Of a DNA stretch of 64,000 bases, positions 45,159 to 54,752 are shown one piece after another (position 1 is the stretch's first letter; each line of letters opens with the position of its first letter). The position numbers were made by a program, and so were the translations under genes. Origin of the DNA: Candidatus Cloacimonadales bacterium (GTDB lineage: Bacteria; Cloacimonadota; Cloacimonadia; Cloacimonadales; JAIOQZ01); NCBI GenBank assembly GCA_963674825.1, contig OY771587.1:3330864-3394863 (forward strand), read 5' to 3'. Below the pieces are notes generated by a model. The model saw nothing but the letters and a program-made list of their open reading frames with translations, made no database searches and was not told the origin of the DNA.

Positions 45159-46430
45159 ATGTGGAAGAACGAAACTGACATCAACCAGGTGTTCGAACTC
45201 AGAACACGTACAACCGACTTCTTTGGCGTCGGTGCGATCAAGAAGATGAATGATATCGCTGCAACCCTCAAAGGTATCGGCATCAACAAAGCGCTGGTAA
45301 TGACCGGCGGATCATCCTATCGCAGAACTGGAGCCTGGGACGTAATCGAGAACGCCCTGAACAATAACAACATCGACTATAAACTGTACAATGCCGTAAC
45401 CCCGAACCCTACAGACAAGCAGGTTGACGAAGCGGTAGCGATCGGTCGTGAATTTGGTGCGGAAGTAGTTATCGGAATCGGCGGCGGAAGCCCTATCGAC
45501 GCAGCCAAGAGCACAGCTATCCTGCTTGAATACCCGAACCAGACTGCTCGCTCGCTGTATGAATTCGAATTCGCACCCGCGAAGGCCAAGCCCATTATCG
45601 CGGTTAACACAACCCACGGAACCGGAACCGAAGTGAACCGTTTCGCGGTTGTAACCATCTTCGATAAGGAATACAAACCGGCAATCGCTTACGATTGCAT
45701 CTACCCGCTCTATGCGATCGACGATCCAGGTCTTATGACGGGTCTTCCCGAGAACCAGACACGCTTTGTCAGCATCGACGCGGTCAACCACGTAACCGAA
45801 GCCGCGACCACTATCGTCGCAACCCCGTACGTCATGATGATGGCGAAAGAGACCATCAGCCTCGTGGCAGAATATCTGCCGCGCGCAATGAAGGATCCGA
45901 AAGATCTCACCGCTCGCTACTTCCTTACTTATGCGTCTGCAATCGCCGGCATCGCATTCGATAACGGTCTTCTGCACTTCACGCACGCTCTCGAGCATCC
46001 GCTTAGTGCTGTGAAGCCGGATCTGGCACACGGTCTTGGCCTGGCGATGATCCTGCCGGCTGTGATCAAGGAAATCTATGCTGCGCGTCCAAAAGTCCTC
46101 GCTGACATCTACTCGCCGGTAATCCCCGGTCTCAAAGGTGTTCCGGAAGAAGCCGAAATTGCTGCGAAGGGTATCGAAAACTGGCTGTTCAGCCTCGGTA
46201 TCGACAAGAAGCTTGCTGACGAAGGTTACACCGATTCCGACATCGACAAGCTGGTACACCTCAGCAAGACCACCCCGTCGCTGGATGGGCTGCTTGGAAT
46301 CGCGCCGGTAAAAGCTACCGACGAAGTGATCCGTCGCATCTTCACCAATAGCATGCACAGAATGGGAGAAGTCGAAAGCGAACTGCTGAAGACCCCGAAG
46401 CTTGGTTGCCCGAAAGCGAGCAACGAATAA
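45159..46430 (+). CDS. Iron-containing alcohol dehydrogenase (Fe-ADH family)
   Basis: GIGGGSPIDAAK dinucleotide motif. Metal-binding His cluster (HALEHPLS..., HGLGLA). About 420 aa. AAAGGAG RBS. Confidence 0.9.
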   Translation: MWKNETDINQVFELRTRTTDFFGVGAIKKMNDIAATLKGIGINKALVMTGGSSYRRTGAWDVIENALNNNNIDYKLYNAVTPNPTDKQVDEAVAIGREFGAEVVIGIGGGSPIDAAKSTAILLEYPNQTARSLYEFEFAPAKAKPIIAVNTTHGTGTEVNRFAVVTIFDKEYKPAIAYDCIYPLYAIDDPGLMTGLPENQTRFVSIDAVNHVTEAATTIVATPYVMMMAKETISLVAEYLPRAMKDPKDLTARYFLTYASAIAGIAFDNGLLHFTHALEHPLSAVKPDLAHGLGLAMILPAVIKEIYAARPKVLADIYSPVIPGLKGVPEEAEIAAKGIENWLFSLGIDKKLADEGYTDSDIDKLVHLSKTTPSLDGLLGIAPVKATDEVIRRIFTNSMHRMGEVESELLKTPKLGCPKASNE

Positions 46431-46494
46431 TGGTGGTTTCGGAAATCTACCGGAAACACAGAAATAGATTGACGAAGTAATGGCAAGATTCATA

Positions 46495-46512
46495 TCGATA
46501 GAAATCTATCGA
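46495..46512. promoter_or_regulatory. Perfect inverted repeat TCGATAG-AAAT-CTATCGA immediately upstream of rex
   Basis: 7+4+7 palindrome 18 nt before ATG 46530. It has the same TCGATA-N6-TATCGA form as in the adh promoter. A TTGACG box precedes both. Confidence 0.5.
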
Positions 46513-46529
46513 AAATGAAAGGAGACATC

Positions 46530-47165
46530 ATGAAGCCCGTATCGATCCTGACCCTGAGAAGACTTTCACAGTACTTGCAGATCATCCTGGAAGCGCAGAA
46601 GGAGCGGCAGGAATACATTTCTGCCACCACACTCGCCAACATGACCGGAGTACACCGTACGCAGGTTCGCAAGGATCTCTCTTCGACCGGCGTGGTAGGC
46701 GTTCCGAAAGTCGGACACAAGGTGAACGAGCTGGCCCTCGCGATAAGTGAATTCCTCAATTGGAACGATTCATCGGAGGCCTTTCTGGTCGGAGCGGGAA
46801 ATTTGGGTTCTGCGATATTGGGTTATCGGGAAATCTTCGAGACCAAAGGGATGAAAATACTTGCGGCATTTGATAATAACCCTGATCTTATCGGTACGAA
46901 GATTCATGATGTCCCCGTTTTTGCCATGGAGAAATTCGGAAACCTCGCACAGCGTTTGCACGTACACATTGGTATTGTAACCGTTCCGCCAGAGGCAGCA
47001 CAGCCAGTGGTGGACATGATGCTCGAAACGGGAATCCTTGCGATCTGGAATTTTGCTCCGGTTCAGCTTGTAACCCCAGAAGACATCATTGTCGAGGATG
47101 TCGATTTGTATGCCAGCCTGGCCGTGTTATCACAGCGGCTGGCAGTCAAACTGATGAAAAAATAA
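46530..47165 (+). CDS. rex: Redox-sensing transcriptional repressor Rex
   Basis: Start re-called to ATG 46530 (GGAG RBS). Winged-helix N-terminus (RRLSQYLQIL..., ISATTLANMTGV). Rossmann motif LVGAGNLGSAIL. Confidence 0.9.
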   Translation: MKPVSILTLRRLSQYLQIILEAQKERQEYISATTLANMTGVHRTQVRKDLSSTGVVGVPKVGHKVNELALAISEFLNWNDSSEAFLVGAGNLGSAILGYREIFETKGMKILAAFDNNPDLIGTKIHDVPVFAMEKFGNLAQRLHVHIGIVTVPPEAAQPVVDMMLETGILAIWNFAPVQLVTPEDIIVEDVDLYASLAVLSQRLAVKLMKK

Positions 47166-47250
47166 CTGAATCGTACAATTTCCAAAAACAAGCCACGAGA
47201 AGTATTGCTGCGTGGATTTTACCCGGAAATCGTATAACCATGGAGAAATA

Positions 47251-47751
47251 ATGACAGACACCCTGCAAGCAAACCGCAGTTTTCGCAAAGTGATCGAGAT
47301 CCTCGATCATCACCAGCGCGATCCGAAGATGATCATTCCCATACTGCAAGCCGTACAGGAAGAATACCGCTACCTGCCTCAGGAAGTGCTGGTGTTTATC
47401 GCGACGTCGCTGGGCGTATCGCCGGCGAGAATCTACGGTGTGGCGACATTTTACAGCCACTTTTCGCTCGAACCCAAGGGAAAACATATCCTGAAGGTGT
47501 GCGACGGAACCGCTTGTCATGTAAAGGGTTCCGGTAAAATTATCAAAGCCCTGAAAGACCATCTCGGCCTTAGCGATAAAATGAAGACTACCCAGGACAT
47601 GCTTTTTACCCTCGAAACAGTTTCCTGCCTGGGTGCGTGCGGCCTGGCACCGGTGTTGGTCGTGGACGAAGACGTCTATGGCCAGGTCACTGCCGAGCGC
47701 AGCGTCGAGATCGTGAACGAGCTCAAAGAAAAGGAGGGACACAATGTGTAA
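47251..47751 (+). CDS. hydC: NuoE-like [2Fe-2S] subunit of NADH-dependent [FeFe]-hydrogenase (HydC)
   Basis: Start re-called to ATG 47251 (GGAGAAATA-ATG). Thioredoxin-like 2Fe-2S motifs CDGTACHVKG ... CLGACGLAP. Confidence 0.88.
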   Translation: MTDTLQANRSFRKVIEILDHHQRDPKMIIPILQAVQEEYRYLPQEVLVFIATSLGVSPARIYGVATFYSHFSLEPKGKHILKVCDGTACHVKGSGKIIKALKDHLGLSDKMKTTQDMLFTLETVSCLGACGLAPVLVVDEDVYGQVTAERSVEIVNELKEKEGHNV

Positions 47752-49621
47752 CCTCGAACAGATTGCAGCAAGCTATCAAAAGAATCGCAAGGACTGCGCA
47801 CGCCGTGTGATCATATGCGCCGGAACAGGCTGCATCGCGAACGGATCGCTTAAGGTTCATGCCGCGCTGAAACGCATCGCCTCCGAAAGAGGTCTGGATG
47901 TGACTATCGAGCTCAAGGGTGAAGACAAACACGACGTCCTGCTCTCCAAGAGCGGATGTCAGGGATTCTGTCAGGTCGGTCCATTGGTTACGATTGAACC
48001 GGAAGGTTTTCTCTACACACATGTTAAGCCAGAAGATGCTGAGGAAATCGTACATACCACTCTGCAACACGGAAAAGCCGTTGACCGCCTGCTTTACAGA
48101 ATTCCCGCAGACCAAACAGTCTGCCCGACGACACAGGATATTCCTTTCTATGCCAGACAAACACGTAACGTGCTCGATAAATGCGGACGAATCGATCCGG
48201 AGAATATCGACGAATACATCGCCGACGGGGGCTACGTCGCGGCACGTAAAGCCTGGCTCGAACTGACACCGGAAGAAATTTGCAACACCTATAAAGAAGC
48301 AGGTTTACGGGGCAAAGGCGGCGGCGGCTTTTCCGCTGGCGTTAAATGGGACCTCTCCCGGAAACAACCATCTGAAGATAAATACATCATTTGCAACGGA
48401 GACGAAGGCGATCCGGGCGCGTTCATGGATCGCAGTGTCCTCGAGGGCAATCCCCACAGCGTGATCGAAGGTATGTTGATCGCGGCGAGGGGATCGAAGG
48501 CCAACCACGGTTACGTCTATGTTCGCATGGAATACCCGCTGGCATGCGCCAGAATTCGCAAGGCGATTGTGGATGCCGAACAGCAGGGAATTCTTGGCGA
48601 CAACATCTTCGGATCCGGCCATTCATTCGATATAAAGGTAATGGAAGGCGCCGGCGCGTTCGTCTGTGGCGAAGGCTCGGCGATGATCGCTTCCATCGAA
48701 GGCGGAAGAGGCATGCCCAGGACCAAGCCGCCACGGTCGGCGGAAGTCGGTCTGTTTGGCAAGCCCACCGTTATCAACAATGTGGAGACTTTGGCGACGG
48801 TCCCGCAGATTCTGCGTCATGGCGTCGAGAAATTCCGCTCCATCGGCACGGAGAAATCACCCGGAACCAAGGCGTTCGCCCTCACCGGTCACGTGGCCAA
48901 TACCGGCCTGATCGAGGTTCCCTTCGGTACAACCATCCGCGAGATTGTGTTCAATATCGGTGGTGGCGTGATCAATGACAACGGCGAGATCGACAACGAC
49001 AGCTTCAAGGCTGTGCAGATCGGCGGACCGTCCGGTGGTTGCCTCACGGCTGATCATCTCGATGTACCGCTCGATTTCGATTCGCTCTCTTCCATTGGCG
49101 CGATGGTCGGCTCCGGCGGACTGGTTGTGATGAACAAGAGCACCTGCATGGTCAGGATCGCGTCTTTCTTCATGAAGTTCACCCAGCACGAAAGCTGTGG
49201 GAAGTGCGTGCCGTGTCGCGAAGGAACCCGCCAGATGCTTGAACTGCTGGAAGACATCACCGAAGGTCGCGCGGACGAGACTACCATTCCGCTTCTCGAA
49301 GATACCGCCGAGACCGTACAGATCACCTCGCTCTGCGGTCTGGGAAAATCAGCTCCGAGCCCGGTTCTTTCCACTCTGCGTTATTTCCGCGATGAATACG
49401 ATGCGCACGTTGTCGGTAAATACTGCCCGACGCGCGAATGTAGCGCGCTGGTTCCGATCACCATCGATCCCAACATCTGTGTGGGCTGTACGCTCTGTAA
49501 GCGCAGTTGCCCGGTTGGCGCGATCACCGGAACCGTGAAGCAACCGCATTCCATCGATCCCGAGAAGTGCATCAAGTGCGGTGCCTGTATCGAAGTCTGT
49601 AAATTCAAGGCGATTTCCTGA
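47744..49621 (+). CDS. hydB: NuoF-like flavoprotein subunit (HydB): NADH/FMN-binding with Fe-S domains
   Basis: GLRGKGGGGFSAGVKW (FMN/NADH site). ESCGKCVPCREG (N3-type 4Fe-4S). Two C-terminal CxxCxxCxxxCP ferredoxin motifs. An N-terminal 2Fe-2S-like domain is also present. Confidence 0.92.
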   Translation: MCNLEQIAASYQKNRKDCARRVIICAGTGCIANGSLKVHAALKRIASERGLDVTIELKGEDKHDVLLSKSGCQGFCQVGPLVTIEPEGFLYTHVKPEDAEEIVHTTLQHGKAVDRLLYRIPADQTVCPTTQDIPFYARQTRNVLDKCGRIDPENIDEYIADGGYVAARKAWLELTPEEICNTYKEAGLRGKGGGGFSAGVKWDLSRKQPSEDKYIICNGDEGDPGAFMDRSVLEGNPHSVIEGMLIAARGSKANHGYVYVRMEYPLACARIRKAIVDAEQQGILGDNIFGSGHSFDIKVMEGAGAFVCGEGSAMIASIEGGRGMPRTKPPRSAEVGLFGKPTVINNVETLATVPQILRHGVEKFRSIGTEKSPGTKAFALTGHVANTGLIEVPFGTTIREIVFNIGGGVINDNGEIDNDSFKAVQIGGPSGGCLTADHLDVPLDFDSLSSIGAMVGSGGLVVMNKSTCMVRIASFFMKFTQHESCGKCVPCREGTRQMLELLEDITEGRADETTIPLLEDTAETVQITSLCGLGKSAPSPVLSTLRYFRDEYDAHVVGKYCPTRECSALVPITIDPNICVGCTLCKRSCPVGAITGTVKQPHSIDPEKCIKCGACIEVCKFKAIS

Positions 49622-49629
49622 AGGAGTGA

Positions 49630-51630
49630 ATGATGAAGCCGATGATTTATATTAACGACCGACCGATCCCTCTGGAAGGGGAGAAGAATATATTAGCCGT
49701 CGCGCGCAAGGCGCATATCGATATCCCGACCTTCTGCTACCACTCTGAACTGAGCACCTATGGCGCGTGCCGGCTGTGCCTTGTCGAAATAGAAGGAAAG
49801 GGAATCGTCACGAGCTGCTCAACGCCGCCACGGGAGAACATGCGTGTTTATACGCACACCCGTCAGATCCAGCGTCTTCGCAAGAATATCGTCGAGATGC
49901 TGCTGGCAAACCACGATCAGCAATGCCCGACTTGCGCACGTTCCGAGACATGCAGTCTGCGCTCTCTGAGCGCGAAGCTGGGTATCGAGAACGTCCGCTA
50001 CAGAAAAACCCGCAACCCCAAGGAGAAAGACACCGGTTCCATCGCGCTGGTTCGCGACCCGAACAAGTGCGTTCTCTGCGGTGACTGCGTTCGCTACTGC
50101 GACGAGATTCAGGGAATCGGCGCGATCGATTTCTCGAACCGTGGGGAAGACGTGGTTGTTGCAACGGCCTTCAACAAGAGTATGGCCGATGTCGATTGCG
50201 TGAACTGCGGCCAGTGCGCGGCTGTCTGTCCGGTTGGTGCGATTACCATTCGTTCGCACACCGTCAATGTCTGGGACGAGATTCACGATCGCGAAAAGAC
50301 CGTTGTGGCGCAGATTGCTCCGGCGGTTCGCGTAGCGATCGGCGAAATGTTCGGCATGCCGTCCGGCGAAGTGACGACCGGAAAGATCGTTACCGCGATG
50401 CGTATGCTGGGCTTCGACCAGGTTTACGATACATCCTTCGCAGCCGACCTGACCGTCGTGGAAGAGGCCAACGAGCTGCTTAAACGCAAGAGTGCCGCAG
50501 GCAAGCTGCCGGTGTTCACCTCCTGCTGTCCCGCGTGGGTAAAATACGCCGAGCAATCGCAACCCGATCTGCTTCCGTATCTCTCATCCTGTCGCTCACC
50601 GCAGCAGATGTTTGGTTCCATCGCGCGCAATATGTTGCCGCAGAAGCTTGGAATCAAGCAGGAAAATCTCGTGGTTGTCTCAATTATGCCATGTACGGCG
50701 AAGAAATACGAGTGCGCTCGTCCCGAATTCAGGACGGACGGCTTCCAGGATGTCGATTACGCGCTTACCACGCAGGAACTCGGCAATATGATCAAGGAAG
50801 CGGGTATTGATTTCGCAGCGCTCGAACCGGAAGCGATGGATCTTCCCATGGGCATGGCGACCGGTGCCGGTGTCCTCTTTGGTAAGACCGGTGGCGTCAG
50901 CGAAGCGGTGATCCGCTATGCTGCCGACGTGCTGGGCGCGGAATGCCCGGACGCGATCGACCTCGAAGAAATCCGAGGCGTGAAGGGTATTCGCGAGACG
51001 GAAATCGAGTTCGGTTCCACCAAGCTTCGCATGGCTGTCGTGCATGGACTCAAGAATGCCGCGACCGTGGCGAAGAAAGTCCTCAGCGGTGAGATGGAGT
51101 ATGACATTGTGGAAGTGATGGCTTGCCCAGGCGGCTGCATTGGCGGCGCTGGACAGCCGATTGTTCACTCAGAAGATAAGCGCCAGATGCGTGCAACAGC
51201 CATCACCCATACAGACAAGGTCAGTCCGCTCAAGAAATCCCATCGTAATCCTTACATTCAGGAGCTTTACAACACGATGCTCGACGCGCCCAACAGCGAA
51301 GTCGCGCACAAGATGTTGCATACACATTATACAAGCCGAAAGCGCATCGCGGACGAGAATATCTCGCTTACGGGAACCTCCTCATCCGAGCGAATCAAGG
51401 TCCGCGTATGCGTGGGCACGAGCTGCTATCTTCGTGGAGCGCACGACTTGCTCGCGAACCTGTTGAAGGCTGTTGAAGAAAACGAATGGACTCAGAAAGT
51501 CGATCTTGGTGCAACCTTCTGTACGGAGCGTTGCGACCGCGGACCGTCCGTGTCAGTCGGCGATGAGGTGCTCCATTTCGCGACACTTGAGAACGTGCTT
51601 TCGATGATCCAGGGTGCGATCGGAGCGTAG
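49630..51630 (+). CDS. hydA: [FeFe]-hydrogenase catalytic subunit HydA (bifurcating, group A3-like) with C-terminal thioredoxin-like 2Fe-2S domain
   Basis: H-cluster motifs are TSCCPAW, MPCTAKKYE and EVMACPGGCIGGAGQP. N-terminal 2Fe-2S (CYHSELSTYGACRLCLVE) plus 4Fe-4S motifs. The C-terminal extension reads VCVGTSCYLRG...FCTERCDRGP. Confidence 0.95.
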   Translation: MMKPMIYINDRPIPLEGEKNILAVARKAHIDIPTFCYHSELSTYGACRLCLVEIEGKGIVTSCSTPPRENMRVYTHTRQIQRLRKNIVEMLLANHDQQCPTCARSETCSLRSLSAKLGIENVRYRKTRNPKEKDTGSIALVRDPNKCVLCGDCVRYCDEIQGIGAIDFSNRGEDVVVATAFNKSMADVDCVNCGQCAAVCPVGAITIRSHTVNVWDEIHDREKTVVAQIAPAVRVAIGEMFGMPSGEVTTGKIVTAMRMLGFDQVYDTSFAADLTVVEEANELLKRKSAAGKLPVFTSCCPAWVKYAEQSQPDLLPYLSSCRSPQQMFGSIARNMLPQKLGIKQENLVVVSIMPCTAKKYECARPEFRTDGFQDVDYALTTQELGNMIKEAGIDFAALEPEAMDLPMGMATGAGVLFGKTGGVSEAVIRYAADVLGAECPDAIDLEEIRGVKGIRETEIEFGSTKLRMAVVHGLKNAATVAKKVLSGEMEYDIVEVMACPGGCIGGAGQPIVHSEDKRQMRATAITHTDKVSPLKKSHRNPYIQELYNTMLDAPNSEVAHKMLHTHYTSRKRIADENISLTGTSSSERIKVRVCVGTSCYLRGAHDLLANLLKAVEENEWTQKVDLGATFCTERCDRGPSVSVGDEVLHFATLENVLSMIQGAIGA

Positions 51631-51631
51631 G

Positions 51632-51865
51632 ATGAAGGTAATCAAGATATGCATGGGAAGTTCTTGCTTCGCAAGAGCGAACCGCGAAAATCTGTCCATG
51701 ATCGAAGACTACATCAAGTCGCACGGTCTGGAAGGATTCGTCCGTCTGGAGGGCTCGCTTTGCCTCGGCGAATGCGGTAAAGGCCCGAACATGGTCATCG
51801 ATGGTGTCTTTTATCACAATGTGCAGCCGGAGAATATCGTCCAGTTGCTTGACGAGAATCTATAA
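51632..51865 (+). CDS. Small thioredoxin-like [2Fe-2S] ferredoxin (78 aa)
   Basis: Start re-called to ATG 51632. Motifs are ICMGSSCFARAN ... CLGECGKGPNMVIDG. Confidence 0.75.
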   Translation: MKVIKICMGSSCFARANRENLSMIEDYIKSHGLEGFVRLEGSLCLGECGKGPNMVIDGVFYHNVQPENIVQLLDENL

Positions 51866-51882
51866 CCTGAAGGAATCATCCT

Positions 51883-53577
51883 ATGAACGCTGAGAATCCG
51901 ATCTATACCGAAAAGACCGAATGTCAGGACTGCTACAAATGCGTGCGAAATTGCCCGGTTAAGGCAATTCTGGTTCGCGACGGCAGTGCCGCGGTTATCG
52001 CTGAAGACTGTCTCTACTGTGGGAAATGCACACTGGTCTGTCCCGTGGGCGCAAAGAAGGTGCGCGACGATATCGATGTGGCACGAAAGCTGATTGCTTC
52101 GGGCAAGAAGGTCTATGCCTCGCTAGCGCCGTCGTTTCGTAGCGAGTTTGCCGATATCCCTGAAGGTCAGCTTCTGGCATGTATCAAGCAGCTTGGATTC
52201 GAAGGCGTCTCGGAGACGGCACTTGGCGCGCAGGAAGTTTCAGCAGCGTGTGCAAGGATCCTTTCAGAGGGTGAAAAACGAGTATATGTTTCGACCGCGT
52301 GTCCGTCGGTGGTGCGCTTAATCGAGCGATTCTACCCCGATTACATCGGCAATCTGACCGATCTGATGTCGCCGGTGCAGGCGCATGGCAGGATTCTGCG
52401 GGACCTTTACGGAGACGATATCGGTATTGTCTTCTTCAGTCCCTGCATCGCCAAAAAAACCGAAACCGGCGAGACCATCGACGTTTCGCTAACGTTCAAA
52501 GAACTTCGCAGATGGCTCAACAGCGAGTCAATCGTAGTCTCGGATGAAACAGCCGCCTTCGTGCCGGAAAAAGCCGAAGAAGGCGGCTGGTATCCTATCG
52601 ACGGCGGTATGATTGACGGTATACGTCAGAATCGCCAGCTCAGTGATGTGCAATTCCTCTGCGTCAGCGGCGTTAAGAACATCATGGAATCGCTGGAAGA
52701 TATCAACAAGCTCAATCTGGATGCGCCGGTGTTTATCGAAGCACTCGCCTGTGAAGGCGGATGTGTGAACGGACCGCAAGTCTCCAAGCGAGGTGCGACG
52801 GTGGTCAAGCGATCACAGATATTGAAGACAACGCCGCTTCCTTCCGAAGACGAGGCGCGCAACAGCATTCATGACATCGAACGATTTTTCCATCCCGAAC
52901 CGCCCAAGAAGAAGAAGTACCTGCCTGAGCAGATTGCGCAGGCGTTACGCTGGATCGGAAAGATCCGCCACTCGGACGAACTCAATTGCGGTGGTTGTGG
53001 ATATAACACCTGCCAGGATTTCGCAATTGCAATGTTGGAAGACCGTGCTGAACCTGCCATGTGCGTCTCTCATCTGAGGCGTCTGGCGCAGAACAAAGCA
53101 AATGCACTGTTGAAATCGATGCCGAGTGGCGTCGTGATTGTGGACAAGGATCTCAAGATCCTGGAGTGCAATCCGCGTTTCGTTGAGATCATCGGCGGCG
53201 ATGCCGGGATCGTGTTCGAGGTAAATCCTGAGCTTGCCGGCGTCTATCTGGAACGGTTGGTTCCCTTCCATGAGGTTTTCAAGCACGTTTTGGAAGATGG
53301 GAGCGACTCGAGGGTGATGGATATCGAGCATGACAAGAAGGTGATCCGGTTGACGGTATTCACCGTTGAGCCCCACCATACGGTTGGCGGAGTACTGCAA
53401 GACGTTACCGAGCCTGTTATTCAGAGCGAAAAGATCATCCAGAATGCACGCGAAGTCATGAAAAAGAACCTTACGACTGTGCAGCAGATCGCGTTTTTAC
53501 TGGGCGAAAACGCAGCTGATAGCGAGGTGCTCCTAAACTCGATCATCCAGTCGTTCTCTCGGAAAGGGCAGGAGTAA
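51883..53577 (+). CDS. hydS: Sensory [FeFe]-hydrogenase-like protein HydS (group C type): ferredoxin + degenerate H-domain + PAS
   Basis: 2x CxxCxxCxxxCP at the N-terminus. Modified H-cluster motifs: STACPSV (the relay Cys of TSCCPxW is replaced by Ala), SPCIAKKTE and EALACEGGCVNGPQ. A Cys-rich linker (CGGCGYNTC) is followed by a PAS-like region (LLKSMPSGVVIVDKDLKILECNPRF). Confidence 0.85.
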   Translation: MNAENPIYTEKTECQDCYKCVRNCPVKAILVRDGSAAVIAEDCLYCGKCTLVCPVGAKKVRDDIDVARKLIASGKKVYASLAPSFRSEFADIPEGQLLACIKQLGFEGVSETALGAQEVSAACARILSEGEKRVYVSTACPSVVRLIERFYPDYIGNLTDLMSPVQAHGRILRDLYGDDIGIVFFSPCIAKKTETGETIDVSLTFKELRRWLNSESIVVSDETAAFVPEKAEEGGWYPIDGGMIDGIRQNRQLSDVQFLCVSGVKNIMESLEDINKLNLDAPVFIEALACEGGCVNGPQVSKRGATVVKRSQILKTTPLPSEDEARNSIHDIERFFHPEPPKKKKYLPEQIAQALRWIGKIRHSDELNCGGCGYNTCQDFAIAMLEDRAEPAMCVSHLRRLAQNKANALLKSMPSGVVIVDKDLKILECNPRFVEIIGGDAGIVFEVNPELAGVYLERLVPFHEVFKHVLEDGSDSRVMDIEHDKKVIRLTVFTVEPHHTVGGVLQDVTEPVIQSEKIIQNAREVMKKNLTTVQQIAFLLGENAADSEVLLNSIIQSFSRKGQE

Positions 53578-54752
53578 TGGGCGAGCTCTATCTGGAAGTC
53601 GATTATTATCAATTGCGCAAGCATGGGCAGGGTGTCAGCGGTGATCATTTCACCAGCCTGAAGGACAACGACCGCGTGGTTTCTGTGCTGGCAGATGGCC
53701 TCGGAAGTGGCGTGAAAGCCGGAGTATTGGCTACGCTCACCACCACGATGGCCTCGAAATTCGTCTTATCCAACATGGATATCCGGCGTGCTGCGGAGAT
53801 TATTCTGGAGACGTTACCGGTATGCTCCAGGCGTAAAATAGGTTATTCCACGTTTACCATCGTCGATGCCGGAGCAGATGGCTCTGTGCGTATCATCGAG
53901 TATGATAATCCCTCGATTGTATTGCTACGCGACGGTAAATCGCAATCCTTAAACAAGAACGAGATTACCCTGAGCAACGAACGCAAGGGACGCCTTTTCT
54001 ATTCAACGCTCAAAATGGAGCCGGAAGATCGCCTGGTATTCTTCTCCGACGGTGTGACGCAATCGGGCATGGGCTCGGCGTATATGCCGTTGGGGTGGTC
54101 GGAAAAGGGCGTGGTACGGTTTCTTGAACACGAGCTGAAAGAAAATCGCTCCATATCCGCTGGTGAGCTATGCATGCAGACAACCCGACGAGCGCTCGAG
54201 TACGACAACCACAAGGCCATGGATGATATTACTTGTGCAGCGCTTTATCTGCGCGAGCCGCGAAAGCTCCTCGTGATGACCGGGCCTCCCTATAATCGGG
54301 ATCAGGATGCCACACTGGCGAATATAACGCGGGAATTCAAGGGTCGAAAGGTTATCTGCGGCGGCACGACATCTTCCATTATCTCGCGGGAACTGAATAT
54401 TCCTATCTCTGTAAAGCTCGACGAAGTCCGGCGCGGAGCAGACATCCCTCCTACAGCCGAGATGGAGGGATTTGAACTGGTTACTGAAGGTACTATCACG
54501 CTGAGCCGCTGCCTGCAACTCCTGGATAAGGAACACCCACTTGAGAAGGTCAAGCACAGCCCCATAAAGACTCTCGCGCGGCTCTTCATCGAAAGCGATA
54601 TCGTGCAATTCGTGGTGGGAACGCGTATTAACGAAGCGCATCAGGATCCCTCGCTTCCCCGTGAACTTGAGATTCGTCGTAACCTGATCAAGCATTTCTG
54701 CGATGTTCTCGAGAAAAAGTACCTCAAGGAAACTCACATCGAATTTCTGTAG
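53577..54752 (+). CDS. PP2C/SpoIIE-type Ser/Thr phosphatase with an extra ~160-aa C-terminal domain
   Basis: Its ATG (53577..53579) shares one nucleotide with the HydS stop codon (53575..53577). Motifs are GVSGDHF, VLADGLGSGVKA, FFSDGVTQSG and MDDITCAAL. The C-terminal region (from ~aa 230) is not recognised. Confidence 0.8.
   Translation: MGELYLEVDYYQLRKHGQGVSGDHFTSLKDNDRVVSVLADGLGSGVKAGVLATLTTTMASKFVLSNMDIRRAAEIILETLPVCSRRKIGYSTFTIVDAGADGSVRIIEYDNPSIVLLRDGKSQSLNKNEITLSNERKGRLFYSTLKMEPEDRLVFFSDGVTQSGMGSAYMPLGWSEKGVVRFLEHELKENRSISAGELCMQTTRRALEYDNHKAMDDITCAALYLREPRKLLVMTGPPYNRDQDATLANITREFKGRKVICGGTTSSIISRELNIPISVKLDEVRRGADIPPTAEMEGFELVTEGTITLSRCLQLLDKEHPLEKVKHSPIKTLARLFIESDIVQFVVGTRINEAHQDPSLPRELEIRRNLIKHFCDVLEKKYLKETHIEFL

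Noticed and set aside
45312-46493. 393-aa minus-strand ORF covering the whole alcohol dehydrogenase gene
   Set aside because: The plus strand has unambiguous Fe-ADH motifs and an RBS. The antisense product is an R/V/D-rich shadow with no recognisable motif.
45000-47250. Canonical Rex boxes (TTGTGAA-N4-6-TTCACAA) upstream of adh, rex and hydC
   Set aside because: Only loose half-site resemblances were found (for example GTGAAA-N10-TTCAT at about 45025, with wrong spacing). None is convincing, so no canonical Rex operator is called.
47146-50562. Antisense ORFs in the hydrogenase operon (47146..47742 -, 47723..48160 -, 49819..50562 -, 50680..51168 -, 48391..48978 +)
   Set aside because: They overlap genes with textbook NuoE, NuoF and HydA motifs. 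They have no RBS or motif support.
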